DNA from: Chitinophagales bacterium
Lineage (GTDB): Bacteria > Bacteroidota > Bacteroidia > Chitinophagales > Chitinophagaceae
Length of the DNA stretch: 64,000 nucleotides
Assembly: GCA_038227505.1 (NCBI GenBank)
Contig: JBBRPX010000001.1
Coordinates: forward strand, 1,067 to 65,066
Direction: 5' to 3'
Shown here: in pieces, positions 19,360-28,153 of the stretch
How positions within the stretch are numbered: the first letter of the stretch is position 1
Layout of the letters: each line of letters opens with the position of its first letter
Notes under the pieces: generated by a model
Told to the model about the DNA's origin: nothing
The model's input: only the letters and a program-made list of their open reading frames with translations
Database searches by the model: none
Translations under genes and position numbers: made by a program

Positions 19360-19390
19360 AAAACACTTTTCTAATTGGGAAAGTGTTTTT
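19360..19390 (+). terminator. Probable intrinsic terminator closing the array
   Basis: AAAACACTTT(T)C…GAAAGTGTTTT followed by a T-run. Confidence 0.6.
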
Positions 19391-19548
19391 TGTTTTATAA
19401 GTTTGTTCAATAAATGCAGAATTATCTTTAAGCAAAAAATTTGACGGACTCTTCTAAAAAAAATAATACTTTGTTATACTTTTATTTTTGACAACAATAT
19501 TTTGTTCTCGTATTTACTATTTCTTGTCATCACCATTAATAAACCAAC

Positions 19549-21072
19549 ATGAATTTCTTACAAACATTAAATATATCAGCAACTAACAAGGGCGTTTCTA
19601 CCGGCCTGCAATGGGTAAAATCAAAAGGAGAAAAAATTTCTTCTTACTCCCCCGTTGACGCAGTTTTAATTGGAACTGTAACCGGAGCAGATAAACAGGC
19701 TTACGATACCGTCGTTGAAAAAGCGCAGCAAGCATTTGCAGAATGGCGCTTGTGGCCTGCACCAAAACGTGGTGAAATTGTAAGACTAGTTGGAATGGAA
19801 CTAAGAAAATTTAAAACAGAACTTGGTACACTTGTGAGTTATGAAATGGGCAAAAGCCTGCAGGAAGGTATGGGAGAAGTACAGGAGATGATTGACATCT
19901 GTGATTTTGCAGTTGGCCTTTCTCGCCAATTACACGGTACCACAATGCACAGCGAAAGACCAGGACATAGAATGTACGATCAGTATCATCCGCTCGGAAT
20001 TGTTGGTATTATTTCAGCATTTAATTTCCCTGTAGCTGTATGGGCTTGGAACAGCATGTTGGCTTGGGTTTGCGGAGATGTAACCGTTTGGAAGCCTAGT
20101 GAAAAAACGCCTTTATGCGGCGTTGCCTGTCAGCAAATAATACAAAGTGTATTTAAGAAAAACAATGTACCCGAAGGTGTTTGCGGACTCATAAGTGGTG
20201 GTAGAAATGTTGGTGAATGGATGAGTGCAGATAAAAGAGTTCCACTCGTTAGTGCAACAGGCAGTACAAGAATGGGCAAAGCCGTGGGAGCCGTTGTTGG
20301 CGAAAGGCTCGGCAGAAGTTTATTGGAATTAGGCGGTAACAATGCCATTATTATTTCCAGCGAAGCTGATATAAATATTGCCATAACCGCAGCAGTTTTT
20401 GGGGCTGTAGGTACTGCAGGGCAAAGATGCACAACAACCCGCAGATTGATCATCCACGAAAAAATATACAATAAGTTTAAAGAGCGTTTGGTAAACGCCT
20501 ACAGTCAATTAAAAATTGGAAATCCTTTAAATGAAAAAATGCACGTCGGGCCATTGATTGACAAAGATGCTGTTACCAATTACTTAAACGCAGTAGAAAA
20601 ATGCAAAGAACAAGGCGGTAATTTTATTGTTGAACCCGGTGTTTTAAAAGGGAAAGCTTTTGAAAGCGGTTGTTATGTAAAGCCTTGCGTTGCAGAAGCA
20701 AAAAACAGTTTCGAAATTGTACAGCATGAAACCTTTGCGCCAATTCTTTATATAATGAAATACAAAACGATGGATGAAGCAATTGCCATGCAGAATGGCG
20801 TGCCACAAGGGCTCTCATCATCTATCATCACAAATAATTTAAGGGAGGCTGAATTGTTTTTATCGCAGGCGGGAAGTGATTGTGGAATTGCCAATGTAAA
20901 TATTGGAACGTCGGGAGCCGAAATTGGTGGTGCGTTTGGTGGCGAAAAAGAAACCGGCGGTGGCCGTGAAAGTGGCAGTGATGCTTGGAAAGTTTACATG
21001 CGCAGACAAACAAACACGATTAATTACACGGATAAATTGCCGCTAGCACAAGGGATAAGATTTGATTTGTGA
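19549..21072 (+). CDS. Aldehyde dehydrogenase family 7 (AmaB / piperideine-6-carboxylate dehydrogenase-like)
   Basis: SAFNFPVAVW, LELGGNN, GQRCTT catalytic Cys and GGEKETGGGRESGS motifs. Confidence 0.9.
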   Translation: MNFLQTLNISATNKGVSTGLQWVKSKGEKISSYSPVDAVLIGTVTGADKQAYDTVVEKAQQAFAEWRLWPAPKRGEIVRLVGMELRKFKTELGTLVSYEMGKSLQEGMGEVQEMIDICDFAVGLSRQLHGTTMHSERPGHRMYDQYHPLGIVGIISAFNFPVAVWAWNSMLAWVCGDVTVWKPSEKTPLCGVACQQIIQSVFKKNNVPEGVCGLISGGRNVGEWMSADKRVPLVSATGSTRMGKAVGAVVGERLGRSLLELGGNNAIIISSEADINIAITAAVFGAVGTAGQRCTTTRRLIIHEKIYNKFKERLVNAYSQLKIGNPLNEKMHVGPLIDKDAVTNYLNAVEKCKEQGGNFIVEPGVLKGKAFESGCYVKPCVAEAKNSFEIVQHETFAPILYIMKYKTMDEAIAMQNGVPQGLSSSIITNNLREAELFLSQAGSDCGIANVNIGTSGAEIGGAFGGEKETGGGRESGSDAWKVYMRRQTNTINYTDKLPLAQGIRFDL

Positions 21073-21336
21073 ATGTTGTGAAAAGTGAATGGTGAATGGT
21101 GAGATGTGTATTTGGGCGCAAGTAATGCAGTCTGTTTTTATTAACAATCTAGCAAAACTATGTGTATTGTCCTTGAAGAACCTCTTATCGTCATGGGTTC
21201 TGTCCATGGTCTGTAGTCTATGGTCCTTCGTCTTCTCCCCAAAACAACTTCACAAAATTTCCTCAAAATATACGAAAGCTAACATTTACTTATCGGTATG
21301 TGCTATTTTCGTTTTATAAAAAATTCAATTAAAAAT

Positions 21337-22983
21337 ATGATTAAAATTACTACAATAGCCTTTGCTGCCATACTTTTTGGAGTATCAGCATTTGCCCAAA
21401 AAAATAAACAGGAAGTACCAAAGAACTGGTACCTGCTTGATCCGGCAACAACCGGGTACAATGGTATTAGTTTGCAAAAAGCATATGATTTGGTAAAATC
21501 AAAAAAGCTTAAGAGTAAGAGAGTAATTGTTGCTGTAATTGACAGCGGGATTGATACTACACATGAAGACCTTAAACCTATACTTTGGATAAACCCCAAT
21601 GAGATTCCCGGAAATGGAATTGACGATGATAAAAATGGTTATATAGATGACGTGCATGGATGGAATTTTTTAGGTGGTAAGGATGGCAGAAATGTAAAAG
21701 AAGATAGTTATGAAGCAGGAAGAGTGTACCATAAATTAAAAACAAAATGGGCAGGTAAAACCTCCGCTGATGCAATATCTGCAGCAGATAAAAAAGAATT
21801 TGCAGACTTTGAAAGAGCTAAACAAAATACTGTCGGAGATGCAGATCCTGAGCAGATTAAACAGGTAGCGTCAATGTATGCAAAATTGATACAAGGAGAT
21901 TCAACTATAAAGAAAGATATAGGCAAAACTAGTTATACTATTATTGATATGGAAGCATACAAACCAACAAATGCCGAAGCAGAAATTGCAAAAGCAATAC
22001 TGGTAAACATCTCCAAAGGCAATAACTCTACCGAGATCACAAATGAACAGTTAATTGAACAATTCAGTAGCGAAGTACGTAAAACTGAGGCTCCTAAAGA
22101 ATACAGAAAAGATATTGTGAAAGACGATGAGAAAAACATCAACGATCGCAATTACGGCAACAACGATTTGTTAGCAAACACGCCCATGCATGGTACACAT
22201 TGCGCAGGTATAATTGCTGCTGTAAGAAACAATGGCAAGGGGATGAATGGAATTGCAGACAATGTTAGAATTATGGCTGTGCGTGCTGTACCCGATGGTG
22301 ATGAACATGACAAGGACATTGCAAATGCAATTCGTTATGCTGTTGACAATGGCGCACAAATAATAAGCATGAGTTTTGGTAAAGATTTCTCACCGGAAAA
22401 AGAATGGGTTGATGATGCATTTAGATATGCTGCAAGTAAAAACGTTTTACTTGTGCATGCCGCCGGCAATGATTCTAAAAATGTAGATACGACATATAAT
22501 TTTCCTAATCCATTTTATTTAGATGGAAAAGGAAGAGCAGACAATATTATCACCGTTGGTGCATCGGGTGATTTAAAAAATGGAGGGCTTACTGCTTCTT
22601 TTAGCAATTATGGTAAAAAAGAAGTTGATGTGTTTGCACCTGGTGTAAATATTTATTCCACCTTGCCCGGTGGCAATAATTATGGAAACTTAAGCGGTAC
22701 TTCCATGGCTTGTCCTGTTGTGGCGGGCACAGCCGCATTGTTGTTGGAATATTATCCCAACCTAACTGCTGTACAATTAAAAGAAGCTATTGAAAAATCA
22801 GCAGTAGCACCTAAAGAAAAAGTAAATAATCCTGAAACAAAAGAGAAGGTTTCTTTAAGTGAACTTTCAAAGAGTGGTGGTTTTTTAAATGCATACGAAG
22901 CAATGAAATATGCCGGAAATATGCAGACAAAGAAAATGATAAAAATTCCTGAAACTAAAATCAAAGTATCAAAAAAAGGATAA
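21337..22983 (+). CDS. S8 (subtilisin-like) serine peptidase
   Basis: VAVIDSG (Asp), HGTHCAG (His), SGTSMACP (Ser); signal peptide from ATG 21337. Confidence 0.95.
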   Translation: MIKITTIAFAAILFGVSAFAQKNKQEVPKNWYLLDPATTGYNGISLQKAYDLVKSKKLKSKRVIVAVIDSGIDTTHEDLKPILWINPNEIPGNGIDDDKNGYIDDVHGWNFLGGKDGRNVKEDSYEAGRVYHKLKTKWAGKTSADAISAADKKEFADFERAKQNTVGDADPEQIKQVASMYAKLIQGDSTIKKDIGKTSYTIIDMEAYKPTNAEAEIAKAILVNISKGNNSTEITNEQLIEQFSSEVRKTEAPKEYRKDIVKDDEKNINDRNYGNNDLLANTPMHGTHCAGIIAAVRNNGKGMNGIADNVRIMAVRAVPDGDEHDKDIANAIRYAVDNGAQIISMSFGKDFSPEKEWVDDAFRYAASKNVLLVHAAGNDSKNVDTTYNFPNPFYLDGKGRADNIITVGASGDLKNGGLTASFSNYGKKEVDVFAPGVNIYSTLPGGNNYGNLSGTSMACPVVAGTAALLLEYYPNLTAVQLKEAIEKSAVAPKEKVNNPETKEKVSLSELSKSGGFLNAYEAMKYAGNMQTKKMIKIPETKIKVSKKG

Positions 22984-23005
22984 AGAATTATTCATTTTGA
23001 ATTAT

Positions 23006-23038
23006 AAGCCGCTTTAATATTTATTGAAGCGGTTTTTT
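23006..23038 (+). terminator. Intrinsic terminator
   Basis: AAGCCGCTT…AAGCGGTTTTTT after the S8 gene. Confidence 0.65.
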
Positions 23039-23077
23039 ATTTGCTTAAACGGTACATTTGAAAAAAAAATTAATTAT

Positions 23078-23584
23078 ATGAACGAAATTGATGTGTATAA
23101 AAATTATTTTGAAAACTATACTTCATTAGTGAATGAAAAAAATATTCAAACTGCATTTGCAAACCAAAGCCAAACGATGGATGATTTTTTCATCTCTATC
23201 TCTGAGGAAAAAGCTGATTATGCTTACGCTGAAGGCAAATGGACTTTAAAAGAAATGCTTCAACACATGATCGATACTGAACGAATATTTGCATTTAGAG
23301 CCTTATGTATTTCAAGAAAAGAAACTGCTGTTCTTCCCGGGTTTGATGAGAATTCTTATGCAGCAAATTCAACCGCAAACAGAAGAACATGGGCCGATCT
23401 TGTACACGAAATGAAAATAGTAAGAGAAAGTACAACCGCTTTGTTTAGTTCTTTTACTGAAGATATGTTCGCTAGTGAAGGTCGTTTTAGCGCTGCAACT
23501 GCTTCTCCCAATACAATTGGTAATATTATTATTGGTCATTTTTACCATCATGTAAAAATTGTAAACGAAAGATATTTAAACTAA
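23078..23584 (+). CDS. DinB family protein
   Basis: YAEGKWTLKEMLQHMIDTERIF and GHFYHH motifs; start taken as ATG 23078. Confidence 0.85.
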   Translation: MNEIDVYKNYFENYTSLVNEKNIQTAFANQSQTMDDFFISISEEKADYAYAEGKWTLKEMLQHMIDTERIFAFRALCISRKETAVLPGFDENSYAANSTANRRTWADLVHEMKIVRESTTALFSSFTEDMFASEGRFSAATASPNTIGNIIIGHFYHHVKIVNERYLN

Positions 23585-23622
23585 AAAAAGCCGCCATGTA
23601 AAAAAGTACATGGCGGCTTTTT
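23583..23622. terminator. Bidirectional intrinsic terminator
   Basis: AAAAAGCCGCCATGTA…TACATGGCGGCTTTTT between convergent genes. Confidence 0.85.
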
Positions 23623-23636
23623 AAATGCAAACCAAT

Positions 23637-25808
23637 TTAATTTCTCTTTGCCGTTTTATCATTCACAATCATTTTGTTTAAGATTTTTACAGATTCATCA
23701 ATGTAAATATCCTCACCCACTCTTTTTACAAATTGCTTGTTTCTGTCAATCTTCTCCTTTGTTTTATTAATGTCAGTAGTATCTGCTCCGATGTTTTTTA
23801 CTTCTAACGCCTTTGTTAATTTGTAAGCTTCTTCTAATTGTTTGTAAACAGTTTTTAGTTGCTTTTTCTCTTCCTCAAACTGTTTTAAATTTAGGCTAAA
23901 AGGCTTGTCAGCGTTGTTTTCTAATATCTTTACGCTATTTTTAATTTTCATAAAATTAGGACTTATCGCAGTTTGCGCATTAGCAGAACTAATAACTGCA
24001 TCAAGGTTCGTATAATTTTCCCAAGGCTTAAAATCTACCTTTTCAATTTCGTCCCACTTCAATGCGTACTTGTTATCCTTCTCTCTAAATTTGAGGTATT
24101 CAAGTCTGTCGGGTAAAACAACATCAGGTGTAACACCTTTAAGTTGTGTGGCACCTCCATTTATTCTATAAAATTTTTGAAGTGTTAATTTCAAAGATCC
24201 AAGATCTTCCACTTTGTTACTACTAATTAACTTGTTTTCACTTTCAGGATTTAACGGGATAGTTCTTTGCACTGTTCCTTTACCATATGTGCTTGTACTG
24301 CCAATAATGATTCCTCGCTTATAATCCTGTATTGCTGCTGCAAAAATTTCAGATGCAGATGCGCTGGTTTCATCAACCATTACAGCAAAGGGACCTGTAT
24401 ACTGCACTGATCTGTCTCTGTCTCTTAAAATAGATGGTTTCTCGTCCCTACTTTTTACCTGCACAATTGGGCCATCCTCAATAAATAATCCCGCCATTTG
24501 TACCACATCATACAAAGAACCACCACCATTATTTCTTAGATCGAGCACTATCCCTTCTACATTTTCTTTTTTGAGTTTTTCTATCTCTTTTGCTACATCT
24601 GCGGCACATCTTGGCTGAGATGGATCCTGAAAATCTGCATAAAACTCAGGTAGATATATGTATCCAATTTTGTGATCACTGTTTATGATAACAGACCTGG
24701 CATATGTCTCATCAATATTTATTTTATCTCTCAACAATGAAACTACTTTTGTGCTGCCATCAACTCTTCTTATTGTTAACCTAACTTCGGATCCTCTTTC
24801 TGAACCTCTAATAATCTTAACAGCGTCTGTTACCGAATAACCGGTTACGTCAATTGGTTCAGCCGCTCCCTGCCCTATTTTAATAATTTCATCGTTTTCT
24901 TTTAATTCTCCACTTCTCCAGGCAGGCATTCCACTTACTAGACTTGTAATTTTAATTTTTCCATCTTCTTCTTTAAGCTGAGCACCAATTCCATAAAAAC
25001 TTCCTTTCATTGATTCATTAAAACCGCGTAAATCCACAGGGGCAAAATAATCTGTATGAGGATCCATACTACCTGCAATATCATTTACGAAAGTGCTGAA
25101 ATTTTCGTCAATAGTTTCTCGGCTTTTTTTGGTTGTAAAATAGCGCTCAATCTGTTTTCTGACAAAATCTCTTGACTCTCTTTCAAGGGTAGAATCTGCC
25201 TTAAATTTAAAATCCTTTTTATCCTTATTTTTTGTCCGCTCTTCAAGTAAATCAGAGTATTTTCCAAGTGACATATACTTCATTCTCCTTCTCCATAAGT
25301 CAGTGCGTTCTGCGTCGTTTTTTGGGAATGAAAGTTTCTCAGGATTCGATTCTACAGATTCATTCACTGTAAAATCAAAAGGCTTTGCCAAAATCTTTTG
25401 ATACAACAATGAAACTTCATTTTGTCTTTTAAGGTAAATGGCATTTACTGCATAAAAAGATTCAATTTCTGCACCATGTATTTCATCGTCTATTCTATTG
25501 TTGTATTTGCTTAGTTCGTTGACATCTGATTGAAAGAAAATATTTTTTTCTCCATCAAGATCTTCTTCAAATCTCTTTAATACAGCTTTACTGAATTCAT
25601 CATCAATTTTTTTTGGGTTAAAATGTCCTTCCTCCAACAATATACCTACGTTTCGTAAAATTTTAGCGTAACGTAATTTGGGATTTTCTTCATTGTTGCT
25701 CTCGGAGTTACCCATCGATTTAAAACCAATAAACAAACCAACGCTCATTAATACGAGCATTACAGGGATAAATTTTTTACTCATCATAAATGATGCAATT
25801 TTTTGCAT
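23637..25808 (-). CDS. prc: Carboxy-terminal processing (tail-specific) protease
   Basis: DPHTDY, PDZ domain, DLRNNGGG, SASASEI, GKGTVQ and TQLKGVTPD motifs. Confidence 0.92.
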   Translation of the reverse strand: MQKIASFMMSKKFIPVMLVLMSVGLFIGFKSMGNSESNNEENPKLRYAKILRNVGILLEEGHFNPKKIDDEFSKAVLKRFEEDLDGEKNIFFQSDVNELSKYNNRIDDEIHGAEIESFYAVNAIYLKRQNEVSLLYQKILAKPFDFTVNESVESNPEKLSFPKNDAERTDLWRRRMKYMSLGKYSDLLEERTKNKDKKDFKFKADSTLERESRDFVRKQIERYFTTKKSRETIDENFSTFVNDIAGSMDPHTDYFAPVDLRGFNESMKGSFYGIGAQLKEEDGKIKITSLVSGMPAWRSGELKENDEIIKIGQGAAEPIDVTGYSVTDAVKIIRGSERGSEVRLTIRRVDGSTKVVSLLRDKINIDETYARSVIINSDHKIGYIYLPEFYADFQDPSQPRCAADVAKEIEKLKKENVEGIVLDLRNNGGGSLYDVVQMAGLFIEDGPIVQVKSRDEKPSILRDRDRSVQYTGPFAVMVDETSASASEIFAAAIQDYKRGIIIGSTSTYGKGTVQRTIPLNPESENKLISSNKVEDLGSLKLTLQKFYRINGGATQLKGVTPDVVLPDRLEYLKFREKDNKYALKWDEIEKVDFKPWENYTNLDAVISSANAQTAISPNFMKIKNSVKILENNADKPFSLNLKQFEEEKKQLKTVYKQLEEAYKLTKALEVKNIGADTTDINKTKEKIDRNKQFVKRVGEDIYIDESVKILNKMIVNDKTAKRN

Positions 25809-25930
25809 GTAGTAAAATTAACGTAAAAATGAAGTTACAAGATTATTTGAAAGGCTGAATGGTAATAATGTTTTGTTAAACGGAATTACTTTTTTTACGC
25901 CCATGTTGGATCTTTCTGAATACGCTGTAA

Positions 25931-26938
25931 TTATTTTTTTAGAAAACTAATGAGGCCTTTAAAATAGTTCGGCTGGTCATCCCACATGCTGCAATGGCTG
26001 CCATCAGGACACGTAACTAGTTGTCCGTTGCCTAATTTTTCACTCATCATTTTCATAAATTCCGGATCCATGGTATCGTGCATTCCTCTAATAACAAGGG
26101 TTGGAACTTTAATTTTATAAAGATCTGCTGTACGGTCCCAAAAAGTCAAACGTCCACTAACTCCAAATTCAGAAGGTCCCTGCATAATGGTATAAATCTG
26201 GTTATTGGTATGCCCAAACATTCTATTGAGCGGCTCAGGGAATGGGTAAACCCTACAAACATGTTCATTATAATAATGATTCATTAACAAGTTCATGTAT
26301 AATGGATCTGCAGTTTTATTTTCTTTTTCAAAATTTAAAATACTGTCAACAACCTTTGGATCCATTTGCTTTTGAAGTACGTTTTTATTGTATGCAGCGT
26401 AAGCAGGACAGCTGCTCATCATGTTGCTAATTATCAATCCTTTTAAATTTTGTTGGTATTTCATTGCATATTCCATTGCCAATATCCCACCCCAACTATG
26501 ACCCAATAAATAAAAATTAGAACTGTCTAAATGCAGTGCCTGCCTCACTTGCTCTACCTCTTCAACAAAACGTTCAGTTACCCACAGGCTCGTGTCTGTT
26601 GGTTTATCACTTAAATAACTACCCAGTTGATCATAATAAATAAATTCAATTCCTTCCTTGGGCAAAAAACTTTCAAAACTTTCAAAGTACTCATGGCTGC
26701 TTCCCGGACCACCATGCAACAACAAAACTTTTATTGTAGGATTATTACCGATTTTTTTTGTCCACACATTAAATTTCCCTTTGGGTGTGTTTATAGAAAC
26801 CATTTTAATGCCGCCAGTTTTTACTGCAGCCGTATCAGTATCTAAAAAGTAGCTACTCTTTGCATTACTGGAAGTTTCAGTTTTGCAGGATGTAAAAAAA
26901 ACGATTGTTAGAAGGAATAAAATGTTGAAAAATTTCAT
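25931..26938 (-). CDS. Proline iminopeptidase-family alpha/beta hydrolase (lipoprotein)
   Basis: LHGGPG, YDQLG, GHSWGG nucleophile and GSHCSMWD; lipobox FTSC; start taken as ATG 26938. Confidence 0.9.
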   Translation of the reverse strand: MKFFNILFLLTIVFFTSCKTETSSNAKSSYFLDTDTAAVKTGGIKMVSINTPKGKFNVWTKKIGNNPTIKVLLLHGGPGSSHEYFESFESFLPKEGIEFIYYDQLGSYLSDKPTDTSLWVTERFVEEVEQVRQALHLDSSNFYLLGHSWGGILAMEYAMKYQQNLKGLIISNMMSSCPAYAAYNKNVLQKQMDPKVVDSILNFEKENKTADPLYMNLLMNHYYNEHVCRVYPFPEPLNRMFGHTNNQIYTIMQGPSEFGVSGRLTFWDRTADLYKIKVPTLVIRGMHDTMDPEFMKMMSEKLGNGQLVTCPDGSHCSMWDDQPNYFKGLISFLKK

Positions 26939-27155
26939 AGTTAGTTTTTTAAGTATTGTCAATTTACGTTTTAACCGATGTATATTTCAGTTACTGTTGA
27001 AAATAATTTTACCACAAGCGCAAAAGTATATTTTAAAAGATTTTCAAATAATTCTTATCACAAACAACTTTGTAATTTTTAAGATACTTTCGTTCTTTAA
27101 CCATGTTGGTATCTTTTAAAGATTAATACTTTATTGGTATTACAAATAAAATAAA

Positions 27156-27581
27156 ATGATTTTAAAAATATTAACTGTAGCAAGTTTAGCAACATTCGAA
27201 ATATATGTAGCAATACCTACCGGTTTTGCAATGGGACTTTCAGCCTGGATAATATTTTTTGCAAGTGTAATTGGTGGTCTTACAGGTGTATTTGTAGCTG
27301 CTTTTTTGGGAGATAAAATAAGAGACTTTGTTGCCAAGTATAGAAAACCAAAAGTGAAAGAAGTAAAAACAGACACATTAGCTCACAGAATATGGAATAA
27401 GTTTGGAATAATTGGACTCGGCTTTTTTGGAACTTTTACAGTTGGTGCGCCAATTAGTATTGCAGTTGGTGTTGGCTTAAATGCTTCTTTAAATAAACTT
27501 GTTTTTTGGTGTTGTATGGGCGTGATTGCAAGGTGTATCGTATTTACTTTGGCGGGGCATTATGGTATGAAATTAATTTAG
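27156..27581 (+). CDS. Small multidrug-export-like membrane protein
   Basis: Several TM helices; FEIYVAIPTG…GAPISIAVG pattern. Confidence 0.6.
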   Translation: MILKILTVASLATFEIYVAIPTGFAMGLSAWIIFFASVIGGLTGVFVAAFLGDKIRDFVAKYRKPKVKEVKTDTLAHRIWNKFGIIGLGFFGTFTVGAPISIAVGVGLNASLNKLVFWCCMGVIARCIVFTLAGHYGMKLI

Positions 27582-28122
27582 ATCTAAATTTCTTTCAGCA
27601 ACTATAAATAACGACAAAAGTTACTGTTTAACATTGTTTGTGCGCATTAATTTAAAAAACTTCTTTTGCGATCAGTCCGTTGTAAACTCCCGCTAATTTT
27701 AAATACATTTTGTATTTATTTTAAACTTCAAATATTTTCATAAAATTGTTTTATGCTAAAAGTCCCCGATACTCAATTTTGAAAAACTTCAACAATGCCT
27801 CGATAAATGGCGAATTTTGGAGAGACCCAAAGTTTTTCTTTTGGCTTAAAAACTTCGAGTAGTTCCTTTAAATAAATGTCTGAGTAAATACTTGTTAAAA
27901 CTTTCCCGATAATTTTGAGTTGCTTATTACCATATCATTTTTTTACACAATTTAAACCCCTCAATATTTTTAAAATGTTGCATACTTTTTATCCAAAAAA
28001 TAAAATCTTCTTTTGCTGAATATCTGTTTTCAATTACAACTTTTTTTTACAATTTAAGCAATAATCTTAGACTGTATATTCCTTCTTACCCCTAAAAAAA
28101 CTCATTTCTCCGTTCAATTCCC

Positions 28123-28130
28123 TATTTTTG
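28123..28130 (+). promoter_or_regulatory. Bacteroidota -7 element upstream of the mPPase gene
   Basis: TATTTTTG matches TAnnTTTG, 23 nt before the ORF start. Confidence 0.55.
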
Positions 28131-28153
28131 CCCACCAAAAAACACAATTTGAT

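Noticed and set aside
15031-19512. 9-bp direct repeat GTTCTCGTA (15031, 19504) as a target-site duplication of the toxin islet
   Set aside because: A shared 9-mer between two spacers of this size is plausible by chance, and there is no integrase or IR support.
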